From Takakia lepidozioides (lineage: Eukaryota > Plantae > Bryophyta), in contig CM060732.1 of the NCBI GenBank assembly GCA_030704615.1, positions 15,438,001 to 15,502,000 of the forward strand: a DNA stretch of 64,000 bases. Direction: 5' to 3'. Position numbers and translations under genes: made by a program. A model generated the notes under the pieces. That model was given only the letters and a program-made list of their open reading frames with translations. It was not told the DNA's origin and did not search any database. Below are positions 38,307 through 50,479 of this stretch, in pieces. Every line of letters begins with the position of its first letter. Positions within the stretch are counted from its first letter, which is position 1.

Positions 38307-39107
38307 TCACCAAGTCGACGGAACTTCGATAGCCCTCAAAACAAGCTCATTACTGATGCGGCACCTCGAGGTAAATTGCAATGCGGTCGATCTGGTGCCC
38401 TTGGTGGAGATGACGACAATGTCATGCCCATCAATCATACCACCATCATACATTGACAAGGTCACTCTGGGCCTCATGTGCCCGTGCGATTTGTCTTCGC
38501 AACTCAGCCGAATGTCTCCATACACTGGAAGAGCGGAGTGAACTCCACGAATATAGTTTTCCCCGGTGCCGTCCTCCCTGGTCCACTGGCAGCAGTTCCA
38601 GCGCCAAAGTGAGGCCGTGCGTGATCTGTCCGGCATCCCATTCCACCTTGGTATATCGAGGTCAACAATTTTCAGGACCCACGGACCGCATTGACCCTCG
38701 CCCTCACCTCGCTCAAAGCGGTAATAGCCCTCCAAATACTCCGTTGCGCACAAAGACTCCCACTTGATTCCAGAAGCGTCTGTGAAAACAGAGAGCCAGA
38801 CAATGATGTCTCCTGATTCTGGTTTGAACATAGCATAATCGTGGTCATAATAAGGGCAGTCAGCAGGATTTTGACGGCACAGCATCCTTGAAAAAGAGCA
38901 GCGTGGTGGCTGGGAGAAGTTCAAGCAAACGATGCAATTCCTCACAAACACTCCAGGGCACATTTAAATTTCCACCCTACAGGAACCTGCACAGATGAAG
39001 ATTGGCTGCTCCATGAATGTAGCCGTTTCAGTTTCCTTCCCTGCCATGCAAACTATGGGCAGTAAGTGCCAGGTGGGCCTATAGCCACTCGAGACGACGA
39101 AGTCCAT
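38307..39107 (-). CDS. Unknown intronless protein, paralog A (218-aa ORF; in-frame extension to ATG 39107 contains one TAA)
   Basis: Colinear similarity to the 39246..39959 product (DCPY..DYAM..SGDI, RWNCCQWT, YGDIR, DGGMI.GHD, ELVLR..EVP). Confidence 0.6.
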
Positions 39108-39150
39108 CCCCCCTTCGATGTAAATGCGACGCCGAATTTCCATCCGGGGG

Positions 39151-39959
39151 ATGGACTTCGGTGGCAGATTTCAAACTATACCCCGTGGATGAGAAAGAGG
39201 TATCGGTTCATCCACCGCTGGCGTGATGAACACGTTACACGATGATTGGTGGGTACGTGTGACCCAGATGCTCCATTTTTGGAGCCCGCACTGCTCTTCC
39301 GCTTCTCATCATTTCGAAAATCTAAGGGCTTTGTTGCTGTCCGCAAGGTCATTGTCATCGGCATCAAAGACGTCCTCAGGTCCTCCTTTGCAAGGATGCC
39401 GTGCTTCCGGAACCGGGACGACTGCCCTTATGGAAGCTTCGATTATGCAATGTATTCGGCCACATCGGGAGACATCGTTATCTGGTACACAGATTACATA
39501 GAAGATACTGGTTCGAATGTGGAAACATTGTCCGCTTTTGAGTATATCCCAGGCCACTACGTCTTCGAGCGGGGTGACGATCTTGGTCTGAGGAGTCCGT
39601 GGCTCCTGCGCATCCTTGATTCCGATTTTCCCAGCTACGACGGGCACCCATGTAGAAGAATGCGCACTGCTATGCTGTTGCGGTGGAACTGCTGCCAGTG
39701 GACGTGGGTGGACTCCATCGGAGAGACGTATACTCCTGAAGGAGTGCGCTCCTCTTCTCCATTGTATGGGGACATTCGCATTGGTGTGGACGACAAAAAC
39801 GTGAAGCTTTCCATATTCGATGGTGGTATGATTGAAGGGCACGACAATGTGGTGAACATCAACAGGGGCGGTACAACGACTGCAATCCAGTTTACCTGGA
39901 GGAGCCCGATGACTCATGAGCTAGTTCTCAGATCAGTCGAAGTCCCATTGACAACGTGA
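39151..39959 (+). CDS. Unknown intronless protein, paralog B (237-aa ORF; 5' part has a frameshift and a TGA)
   Basis: Paralogous to 38307..38963; the same ATGGACTTCG start context occurs at 39151. Confidence 0.6.
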
Positions 39960-40399
39960 GTTGTATTCAGAAGGCACAGGGCTAAATATTTGTTTGCACA
40001 ATCAGCACAGTAGACGTGCTTCAAATGCAATTCATGTGGATCAATAAAAACCCTATTGTGCCCTCTTTTTGTTCTATTTTGTATCCATCGTTCCCAGAAT
40101 GCATCATTCCTCATTTCGTTTGGGATTGGGAGTGTGGGTGGATTTTGCAAGTTGCTGGTAGGCTGAAATGGGCCCCCATTGTACAGAGCAGTACCACCCT
40201 ACCATTCGTGAAACATTGCTTTTCAATATGTAATTCTAAAAAACATTGCCGAACCTCCTTCATCGGGAGGTCCTTCTCCCCCTATGACCGTGACACCCTA
40301 AACCCTATTCCCGCGGACACTCATTTCCGGAAAATAGTCCTGCTCATGTTTTTTTCGACACTTACGACTCTGCTCATGGCTCATGGCTCATGAAATAGC

Positions 40400-41274
40400 A
40401 GCCCCCGCTGGTGCTACTGGTGTAGTCTGTGACTGCATCTGTGTTTCAAGATGCAAATCATGCTGCAATGGTCTATCATGGATACCACTGTATCCCTTCA
40501 ACTTATTGGCATTGACTCTACCAAGCATCTCTTTGTTAATGGTTTATAACATAGCTATGTTGTTATCATACATCTTCTGTATGACATAAGGTCCTTTCCA
40601 TGGTGATTTAAGCTTAGAAGCTTTAATCTTTCCCTTCTTCTGCAACCACAGTATCAAATCACATGTCTTAAAAATCTTCAATTTACCTTCATCAAACTGA
40701 TCCTTCCTCTTCATGTGAATTCTGGCCATGTTATCTGTTGCATCAGCACGTACTTCTTCCACATAATATAGTTCATGTTTCCTTACTTTAATTGAATTCT
40801 CCAATTTCATTCTCCTCCCCCATTCAGATCTCATGGTAGGTAATAAGAATTCCACTGGAAGTAAAGCTTCCATACCATAAACTAATTGGAATGGTGTATA
40901 CTTGGTGGTGACTTTATATGAAGTCTTGTATGACCACAAAGCTGTCAACAACTTTGTATCCCAGTCTGTCCTGTTCGCATTGACTATCTTAACCAAAATA
41001 ATGCATAGTATTTTGTTGGTGGTCTCTGCCTGCCCATTGCCCTGTGGGTAATAGGTTGTACTCTTCATGTGCACAATCATGAACTCCTTAGTCAACAGTT
41101 CAATGGTCTCATTAATGAAATGACTTCCCTAGTCACTGATAAATTCCAGGGGACAGCCAAATCTTGTGATAATGTTCTCATGTAGAAACCTTGATGTGGA
41201 CTTAGCTGTGTTGTCTCTCAGAGCCTTAGCTTCCACCCATTTTGTGGTATAATCAGTGGCTGTGATGTATTGGC
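40400..41274 (-). mobile_element. Ty3/Gypsy integrase fragment (different family)
   Basis: ATDYTTKWVEA..RFGCPLEFISD*GSHF..YYPQGNGQAETTNK..TPFQLVYG..WKGPY. Confidence 0.9.
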
Positions 41275-42619
41275 CCCTGGATTGACACTTGGATCAATCC
41301 CAAATGTCAATATATAAAAGCTAGCTATTTCTTAGCTAACTTCACACTAGTGGTAAAATAATTTGACAGCTGTCGTGCGCATACATATCGCTACACAACT
41401 ACATCGCTGTCCAAAACCACACAACACATGTGCACACCAAACACTAGCCTATCACTAGTCCACCACTAGTGTACCACTAGGCTGCCACTAGATAACCACT
41501 AGTCACCACTAGTGCAGCCACTAGTCCATCACAATCGCCCCCCTAGCTGGTGCTTAGGTCCCTCTAAGTCCAGGTAGCCACAAGATGTGATAGTTCACTA
41601 AGTCCTCCACCACTGTCCCTACTACACTCAAACTCGATAGATCAAGAGGCCGGGTATAAGACACTACAATACAAGCTGGGCTTTTTGACTCTGTATTTGA
41701 CTCATTTTTTAGTCGTTTGGGACATTTTTACTCCCAGCCTCCATAGTCGAACATGCGTGACAAAGGTCAAGTCGTTTCAGTCAAGCAGTCGAATCCAGAT
41801 GCCAGGTTCTGACAGTGAAATGTGACAGTAAAACCTAGGGGTGACGTGTAGGCAGCATAGTATGACGTGGATGCGACGTGGCTATGACCTGCAGTAAAGT
41901 GGTTTAACTGAATTATAAGGTGGATGCATGACGTGTAGTAAAGTGGTTTAACTGAAGTGGGACATATTGACTATGTTCCATGATGTTTAGTATATGGTTT
42001 GACTGTGAATCAGTGATAGTGAGTTTGCTTGACTTTGTATAGTGTAATATTCTACTGTGAAGCAGTAAAAGAGGACACATTTTAGTAAATATGTTTCACT
42101 CTGGGGGTGTATATAAATATATACATATAAATATATAAATATAAATATAAATATGTGAATTGGGAGGTTTTTTAAATTTAATATTTGGTTTTTTTTTGGT
42201 TTATTACTGTTATTTCGGTTTTTTTCATTTACTTTTAGTTTATATCTGTACGTATGTGAATTAGTGGATATTGTATTTAATTTTTTTGATTCGCTGCACT
42301 GCATTGAAAATATATTACAAATACAACAAAACATAGAATACAAATACAGGTCGGAACCAAAAACATTTGGATGGCTCAAAACTGGTTTATATCAAAAGTG
42401 TTTTGCAAAACAAGTTTTGGCCACATTCTACAAATGACCAACATGAGGGCCATGTTGCCATATCCATAGATCACTGCCCAACTGAAGTCATTGAGTAAGG
42501 ATAATCTGTTGTGCAGCTAGGTCCAGCACTATCGTGGACATGTCAAGAGAACATTAGAAATCATTTTGAGAATGAATTCAGGTAGTTCCAGAGAATGGTG
42601 GTGCCAGCTATCTTGTCAC

Positions 42620-45600
42620 CCAAAGTGACATCCACTTCCAGGGCTGCCTTGACATACATATCTACCAAGGCAGTGTTTAGACTGACAACTCCAGCTTTGA
42701 CGATGTCATCATGGACCTTTGTGCCCTTTTGAGGGCTGCCAGGCTCACATTTGCCGTAGATGTGCACCAGGGGAATGTTCAGAATGACATGTGGTACAAT
42801 TCCAGCTTGGATAATATCACCATAAACCTCCTGTCAGTCTGCCTGCCTCACAAAGCATCTTCACATGCCCAGCAGAAGAGGCATTGTGGACTCCCTCTCT
42901 TGATCCTCTTTCAGAAGCTGTGGTCATGGTTGAGGTGCCTGATTATATCAACTGTGCCGCTGCAGCTGCTACCTTTACTTGACCATCTACCCATGCAGCA
43001 GGTTTCTTGTAGCTATTGATCCACATGGAATCATAGGTAATCTGGAGCTTGAAATCCAGCCCTCTTGGATGAATCTGGACCCACACTCTATCCCTGTCCC
43101 TTCAGCTATCCATACCTCTACACAAATCATGCATACATCCTTGCCTTGCTGCTAGCAGCTGACAATGACAGCCTAGAATTGTTCCAGCAAACACCCCAAC
43201 CCTACTTATCACACTAGTTCAAAGTCACTCCAAACCACCACAGATCCACCCAATGAGCTAACTTACAGAATTCAATATGCATCTCAGGGCCGAGTCTGAT
43301 GAGGGGGCAAAACAGGCTGCAACAGGTCAAAGAAGAAGGTGTCGTCACCATATTGTCCTTGACCCATGGAGGATTTGACTGAGCATCAACCCAAAATGAC
43401 CTCTTGTGTGTGATGGTTGTGTCTGTAGTCAGGTAATGTTGGATTGGTCTGTGAGAACCACCACGGTGCAGCTGTGCAGGCAAAGATTGAAACACGGCCT
43501 ACTAAGACCAAGCTGACTCTCCCAAACATCAGGAAGAACACCAAATCATGGTACTAACAGGAGCCAAGAGCCCACCTTTACAGGATGGACAAACTTCTTC
43601 ACATCGTACATTAAGAAAAGCCACACCTTGTGATTGCGGTTGTCCCACCATCGTGAAGGATCTTTATAAAACTCATGCCAGCTCACATCATGAACGAGCT
43701 AACTTGCAGAATTCTACATGAAATTTAGGGACGACTCTGATAACATGGCAAAACAGGGTGAAATGTATTGAAGAAGGTACCTTCATTAGCAGCGAATTGT
43801 TCTATCAATTGGGCTGCTGCCGCTTCTGTTTCCAGGATGACATCTGGTACAATTCCACTTTGACAATGTCACTATGGACCTCTTCCCTCTTTTCCAGAGC
43901 TCCCAGGCTTGCACACGCATTGCAAACACAAACAAACACGATGTGGTTGGGCTTCACCCCTTCACGCAACATTTGCTCATAGGTCTCCTAAGCATTCCTA
44001 CCACACCTACGCTTGGTAAATCCTGCCAACATAATATTCCACGTGATCAAAGATCATTGAGGTATTCTGTTGAACACTCGGTGAGCATCCATGATGCTCC
44101 CACATGTTGACAAGGGTGTTGAGTAGAAAAACATTTGGTGTGAATCCACTTTGGATAATGTGAGTGTGCACCTGCTTTCCAGCTTCCAGACCATCCATCT
44201 TGATGCACTTAAGCAACAGACAGACATATCTGAATCTGCTGAAATGCCTCCTTGGTTTAGAGTCTGTAGAGCCTCTGTCAGTTTGCTTGCCGCACAAAGT
44301 ATCTTCACATGCCCAGAAGTGCCAGAAGAGGCATTGTGGACTCCCTCTCTTGATCCTCTAATTTCAGCAGCTGTGGTCATGGTTGAGGTGCCTGATTCTA
44401 TCAACTGTGCCACTGCAGCTGCTGCCTTTAGTTGACCATCTACACATGCAGGTTTCTTGTAGCTACTGATCCACATGAAATCAAGGTAATTTGGAGCTTG
44501 AAGTCCAGCCCTCTTGGATGAATCTGGACCCACGCTCTATCCCCGCTCCTTCAGCTATCCATGCCTCTGCACAAATGATGCATACATCCTTGCCTTGCAG
44601 CTGATAATGACAGCCTAGATTTGACAGCCTAGATGTTCTAGGAAACACCCAACTCAGCTTATTACACTAGTTCCTATACTGAATTGCGTCTGCTACTCTC
44701 CTGTAATCTAACAAGCATTCACCTTTTTGCCTGGTGTCCCACCATTGACTGGGGTCAGAAAAGTATTCATTCCACAGCTTCTCCTCATCTCTGTTATGTA
44801 TTTTTGGATACTTTCTTGTTGTCACAGTGGCAGTATCATGTCAAAGTCACTCCAAACTACATTCACTCAACCAGCTAACTTGCAGAATTCAACATGGAAA
44901 TTCAGGGCCGATTCTGATAAGAGGGAAAAATAGGGTGAATGTGAAGAAGGTACGTTGATTACCAGTGCCTGATTTTATCAGTTGTGCTGCTGCTGCTGCG
45001 GCATGACAGTTGACCATCTACCCATGCAGGTTTCTTGTAGCTATTGATCTACAGGAAATCATAAGTAATCTTGTGCTTGAAATCTGGCCCTTTTGGATGA
45101 ATCTAGACCTACTCTCTATCCCTGCTCCTTCAGCTATCTCTGCCTCTGCACAAATCGTGCACACATCAGGGAGCTAATGACATGGGAGGAGGGCATGGCA
45201 ATTCGAACCAGGGTAGGGAAGCACAAATATTGTGCTCATGAGGATATGGCAGAGGGTGGATCCTCAACTAAAAAATTGTTGGCCTTTGTGGAGGATCTCA
45301 AGTCTCAGATTGTGAAGACCAAGACTTTGCAGGAAGAATGATTGATTGTTGACACTGTCTCTCGCATGCCCTGAGATCTGAAAATCAAGTTGAAAAAGTA
45401 AACCACGTGACTCTGTTCAACCCATCTGCTGAAGGCCTTAAGAGACATTTAGGGCCGATTCTGATAAGAGGAAAAAACAGGGTGAAATGTGTTGAAGAAG
45501 GTGCCTTGAGTAGCAGTGCCTGAATTTTATCACTTGTGCCGCCGCTGCTGCTGTTGCGGCTTCCAGTTGACCATCTACGCATGCAGGTTTCTTGTAGCTA

Positions 45601-46056
45601 TCATTCCACAGGGATTCATAGGTAATCTGGAGCTTGAAATCCGGCCTTCTTGGATGAATCTGGACCCACACTCTATCCCTGCTCCTTCGGCTATCCATAC
45701 CTCTGCACAAATCATGCATATTACCTCCTTGCTTTGCTGCTAGCAGTTGACAATGACAGCCTACATTTGTTCCAGCAAACACCCTAACCCTGCTTCTCAC
45801 ACTAGTTCCTATGCTGACTTGTGCTTCCAACAGGCATTCACCTTTTTGCACCAACGTCGAGCTAACTTGCAGAATTCAACCTGAAAATTTAGGGATGACT
45901 CTGAATCCTGATAACAGGGAAAACAGGCTGAAATGTGTTGAAGAAGGTGCTCATATGTCTGCAAAGCCTCCATCCCGCGCCCTTGCTGTGCATATCCTGC
46001 AATCATCGCACTCCACGACACCACATCTCGTTCAGCCATACTGTTGAACACTCCCT
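42620..46056 (-). pseudogene. Scrambled PDF-motif plus PLS-PPR fragments
   Basis: Reverse-complement copies of the 580-bp PDF unit; 44533 to 43830 runs from YKKPACVDGQL through a linker into LCAASKLTEAL..GKQVHTHIIQSGFTPNVFLLNTLVNM; further PPR pieces at ~42640-42820 and 45955-46056. Confidence 0.8.
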
Positions 46057-46439
46057 GTTGTCTCCGCTCCCATATAGCACACCTCATGACAATGACCGAC
46101 ACAACAAGAGCAAACATACAGGTCGATCCCACAAACAGTACACTCGCTGCGCGGCACTTCTCTCTCTCTATTCTCTCCTTCCCCCACCCACCTGCTCTCT
46201 CATGTGCACACAGCAAGATACTTGTCTTTTAGAAACCGCTTATCCTGGTTCGCGAACCTTTAAGAAAACACATATGGTGGCACAAAGACAAACAAACGCT
46301 AAGTCCCTAAGCCTGCGGAGCTCTCGAACCACGCCGACCCCAAAAAAACAATAAGTCCCAGCCGAGGCTGTACACTGCGACCTAGCAACCCTAAACTCGA
46401 GCAAAATGCATTGTCATCCGTTCAGACGTTCATACAATA

Positions 46440-46670
46440 GTTGCCAGCAAGGCGTTTTCTTTATCGTTCGTTCATGCGTTCATCCAGTGCACAAAAATTA
46501 TATTTCATACGTTCATCCAATAGCTGCCAGCAAGGCGTTTGTTTATCACTCATTCAGGTAATTCAGTTGTTTTGTTTCACTAACCTTTCATACGTTCATC
46601 CAATAGCTGCCAGCAAGGCGTTTGTTTATAATTCGTTCATATAATTCAGTTGTTTTGTTTCACTAACCTT
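46440..46670. repeat. Short tandem duplication (~83 bp) with three TGCCAGCAAGGCGTTT words
   Basis: Direct inspection. Confidence 0.7.
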
Positions 46671-47119
46671 AACCAGCACACAATTAGTTTACTATTAATG
46701 TGCTGGGTTAGTGAAAAAATAGTTATTTGTTTATACTTCTTATTATCCACATATATATTGCTATATAATTTATATATTGTGATTACACGTGCCATTGCTT
46801 AACTGCTTGTCTCAGTCAGCTCATTTTAGGTAGTCAAAGTCTCTCACTACAGTCAAAATTTTCGCGGTTGTCTAGCACCTCGAATTAGTTTAATATAAAT
46901 TTTGACTGCAAAATGGTTGGAATAGTCGAAAGTGACAACAGTCAACGCTAGCATCAAACTAAATCATCGAAATTACATAGGGTGTGTTGTAGTAAGAGTT
47001 GCCCCATCGTTAGTCGCCGTCTTGCAACCTGTGAACTTGAGCCTGAGATCTCGGGTATTGACTCCTATGAGCTTGGTCTCTCATGTCTTGTTAGCTGTCA
47101 CTAGTCATATCCACTGCCA

Positions 47120-47270
47120 CTATCCCAAGCAGTGTGGACATAACCAATCTCCATCAGGAACCCTCTCAAGAGGTGGTGTCAAGCATCCCATGTGCCAACC
47201 TCTTGAGCATCGATCACACACCAGCGTAGTGGCGGCACCACGAGCATGCCCATATAGCATGCAGCGCAAT
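47120..47270 (-). CDS. PHD finger at the integrase C-terminus
   Basis: C-x2-(Y)..CDRCSRGWHMGCLTPPLERVPDGDWLCPHC (C4HC3 pattern with the second Cys mutated). Confidence 0.85.
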
Positions 47271-47298
47271 CCTGCAGGTACCACTGCAAGGTTGGGAT

Positions 47299-50010
47299 CT
47301 ATCCTCCCATCCACATGTGGAAGGTGACATGGCGCACAATTACGCACATGGTCCTTCCATCTCGATCCTCCAGAATCAACACTCCTGAAGGCAACACCTC
47401 CTTGACCCTTAGAATCACACGTCCTGCTGTGACATCCAAGGTCGTAAGCGCTGTCTGCTGTAGATACACATAGTCCCCAGGGTGGAAACGCCGAACACTT
47501 GGCCGATATCCCCCTCCACGTATAATGACATACCTCAATGTATCTCGGTGTTGGGCAATAGCAAGATTCTCAAAAGCCATAGGCATGACTCTCTTGAACA
47601 ACTCTGCCCTCTGGGTACATGCTTGTGTCCATACATCCGGATCATCAAGGTCGAGGACTACTGCAGCCTCCCTGCGAATAGATGCAGGCAAATCCGGCTC
47701 TCGGCCAAAGAGAAGGAAATATGGTGAAAATGAAGCAAGTGATGTTTGCTTGCTGAACCTGTAGCCCATGACTAACCAAGGTACCTGAAGATCCCAATCT
47801 CCTAGGTGTCCCTTTTGCAAGCCATACTTGCGCAAACCCCTCTTCACTGTCTCAACCACTCTCTCTGCCAAGCCATCGGCCTCAGGATAATCCCGAGAAG
47901 TGGTACGGTGGTCTATCAAGGCTTTATCACACAAAGCCTGAAACTCCCCCAAGAACTCTCTCCTTTGGTCCGTGAGTACCTCAGCTGGAGCACCAAATCG
48001 GCTAAGCACACGATCCAGGAATGCATACCCAGCCCCTTCACTAGCCTTGTCAGGCAATGGAACCAACTCAATCCACTTAGAGAAGTGCTCCACCATCACC
48101 AACACATATCTGTGGTGACGCATCATCAGTGGCAAAGGTCCTGCGAAGTCAAGACTCCACCTGTAGCCCAATCCCATGATGGGTAATGGATGCAACTATG
48201 GTGTAGGGGCGTTGAATAAAGCACGCACCCTGTCACACACCATGCACCTAGCCACAAACTGTTGCACCTCTGTGTGTATACCACGCCACCAATATTGCCC
48301 CTGCAGTGAACTATGAGTGCGTCGCACTCCAAAATGCCCCAACTCATCATGGGCATGTCACCCTCCCACTTGAACCTCTTGGCTTGTTGTAGGATCCGAT
48401 CCCTCTCCTTGGCAGTCACACTAGCTGCCGTGTCTCCAGTGCGGAGGTAGTCCAACACAACCGAATCCTCATGTATATCTCTGGCACCACCTGGCTCATC
48501 ACTAGCCTCAGGGTCCTCAGACACTCCGTCTACAGTCATCCCTGTTGTAGGTCCAACCTGACCTCCCGATGCCAAGATACACAAAAAGGCAGATACATGC
48601 CATCCCGACACCATCTCCTCGTCCGTCTCACCATGCCACCGAGCTCCAGTGTCATCCTGCTGGCTCGTGCATGGATTGCAACTCAATCCATCCGCATCCC
48701 TATTGATCAAACCCGGTCGATGCACAACCTGAAAGTCATACTCTTGGAGTATAAGTGCCCATTGTGCAAGCTTCCCCGTAAGCTTGTCTGACTCCATCAA
48801 CCACTTGAGTGGCTGGTGATCCGTGACAAAAGTGAAGAGATTGCCGTATAGATAGCACCTGAAGTGTGCCACGGCCCACACTGCAGCTAAGCACTCCCCC
48901 TCATATGAGCTATATTTAGACTCTGCAGTGTTGTTCGAGCGGCTAGCATAAGCCACTACGAACTCTCTTCCCTCATCATCCACCTGTGTGAGCACCGCTC
49001 CAAGCCCCAGCATGCTCCAATTTGTATACAGCTGAAAGGGACGCCCCCTGATAGGTCGTCTCAAGATAGGCGCCGAGGTCAACCTCACCTTGAGCTCCTG
49101 AAAAGCTTTCTCTTGCTCATCTTCCCATTGCCACTCCTGGTCTACCTTGGTCAGCTTGGTTAGACCTTAAACCTTTGCAATAACACTAAATCCCTTGACA
49201 AACCGTCTATAGTAGTTTGCCAACCCCATGAAGGCTCGAACTCGGCTCACATCCGTGGGGCGTAGAATCTGTGCGATGGCTTCTACCTTAGTCTGCTGCA
49301 CCCCCAATCCTCCAGGATATATCATGTGGCCCAGATATTCAATCTGGTTGTGGGAGAACTTGCACTTCCCCGGATGTAATTTCAATCCGTGCGCTCTCAA
49401 GCGCTCAAACACCACCTGAAGGTGTCTCTCGTGCTCCTCCACCGTAGCACTAAAGATGATGATGTCATCTATGTAGCACCGAGCAAAGTCTACCCCTGCT
49501 AGAATCATATCCATGACTCTCTGGAACTCTGCAGGAGCGTTCTTAAGCCCGAATGGTAAGAACCGCCACTGATATAGGCAATCCTTCCCGTGCTCATTGA
49601 TCCCCCATAATGCCGTCTTCTGCTTGTCTGCCTCGGCAACTGATGATATCCGGACCGCAAGTCCAGAGTGCTAAAGACCTTGGCATGCCCAATGGCATCA
49701 AAGATCTCCTCCGGTGTGGGCTTGGCATACTTATCGGACTTGGTTTGACGATTTACAGGCCGGTAATCACCGCACATACGTCTCTCCGTCCAATTGCCAT
49801 AGACATCCTTCTTGGCTAGCATCACCATGGCTGAAGCATACTCTCCACCAGAGAGCTCCACCAAACCAGCCTCCCAGAGATCTTGAGTCCTCATCTGAAT
49901 CAAAGACCTCTCCATGTCACTGTATCTATAGGGTCTCCAAAAGATTGGCGTGTCCGTGGCCAACTCAATACGAATCTCCTCACCCTTCAGTGCTCCCAAA
50001 TCCTTCAAAC
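47299..50010 (-). pseudogene. RT, RNase H and integrase of the DNMT-Gypsy
   Basis: RMCGDYRPVN, LDLRSGYHQ, YIDDII, VAYASR..YEGECLAAVWAV..TDHQPL, SLDFAGPLP..VLTDQ..GLAER; several frameshifts. Confidence 0.93.
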
Positions 50011-50479
50011 TGAAGGCAAAGCAATTCCTGTAAGCCCTCAGGAACCACCGTATACATCATCTCTCTCCTCCAGTGACAATGGGTCCAATGTCAGGCTCCC
50101 AATTGTCCTCCGTAACTGCAACCTTAAGTCTAGCAGACTTAGAGGTAGGAGACGCGTCCCGTGGTTGCTATGCCGCAACCTCATGAGCAGTACTCCCTAC
50201 CTACTCAGTCAATGACAAGGCCTCATCTTGCCCCATCATCTCATCCTTGAGGACCTCCTCAACCCGAGAAGAATCCCCAACCTCATCCATCACAGCCGCC
50301 TTGGCTGCCAACTCCCTCTGAACCTCGAGCTCCTCCCACATGTGCCATGGATGTCTGCACCTTGTGGTCCTCACCGGCTCGCCCCCACTCACTGCATGTA
50401 CCGTCTTGGTAGGCAGAGAGACCGTCAAGGGAAGTGCACTCCGCACTCTACGTTGCTCAGCCATAGCCAAGATGATAAT

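Larger units (their letters stand above)
41662..46994. mobile_element. Non-autonomous Pack-CACTA carrying PPR and PDF-motif gene fragments
   Basis: Left end CACTACAATACAAGCT, right end AGGGTGTGTTGTAGTA (terminal G>A); 3-bp TSD AGA on both sides; AGTC/GACT subterminal repeats at both ends; no transposase. Confidence 0.78.
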
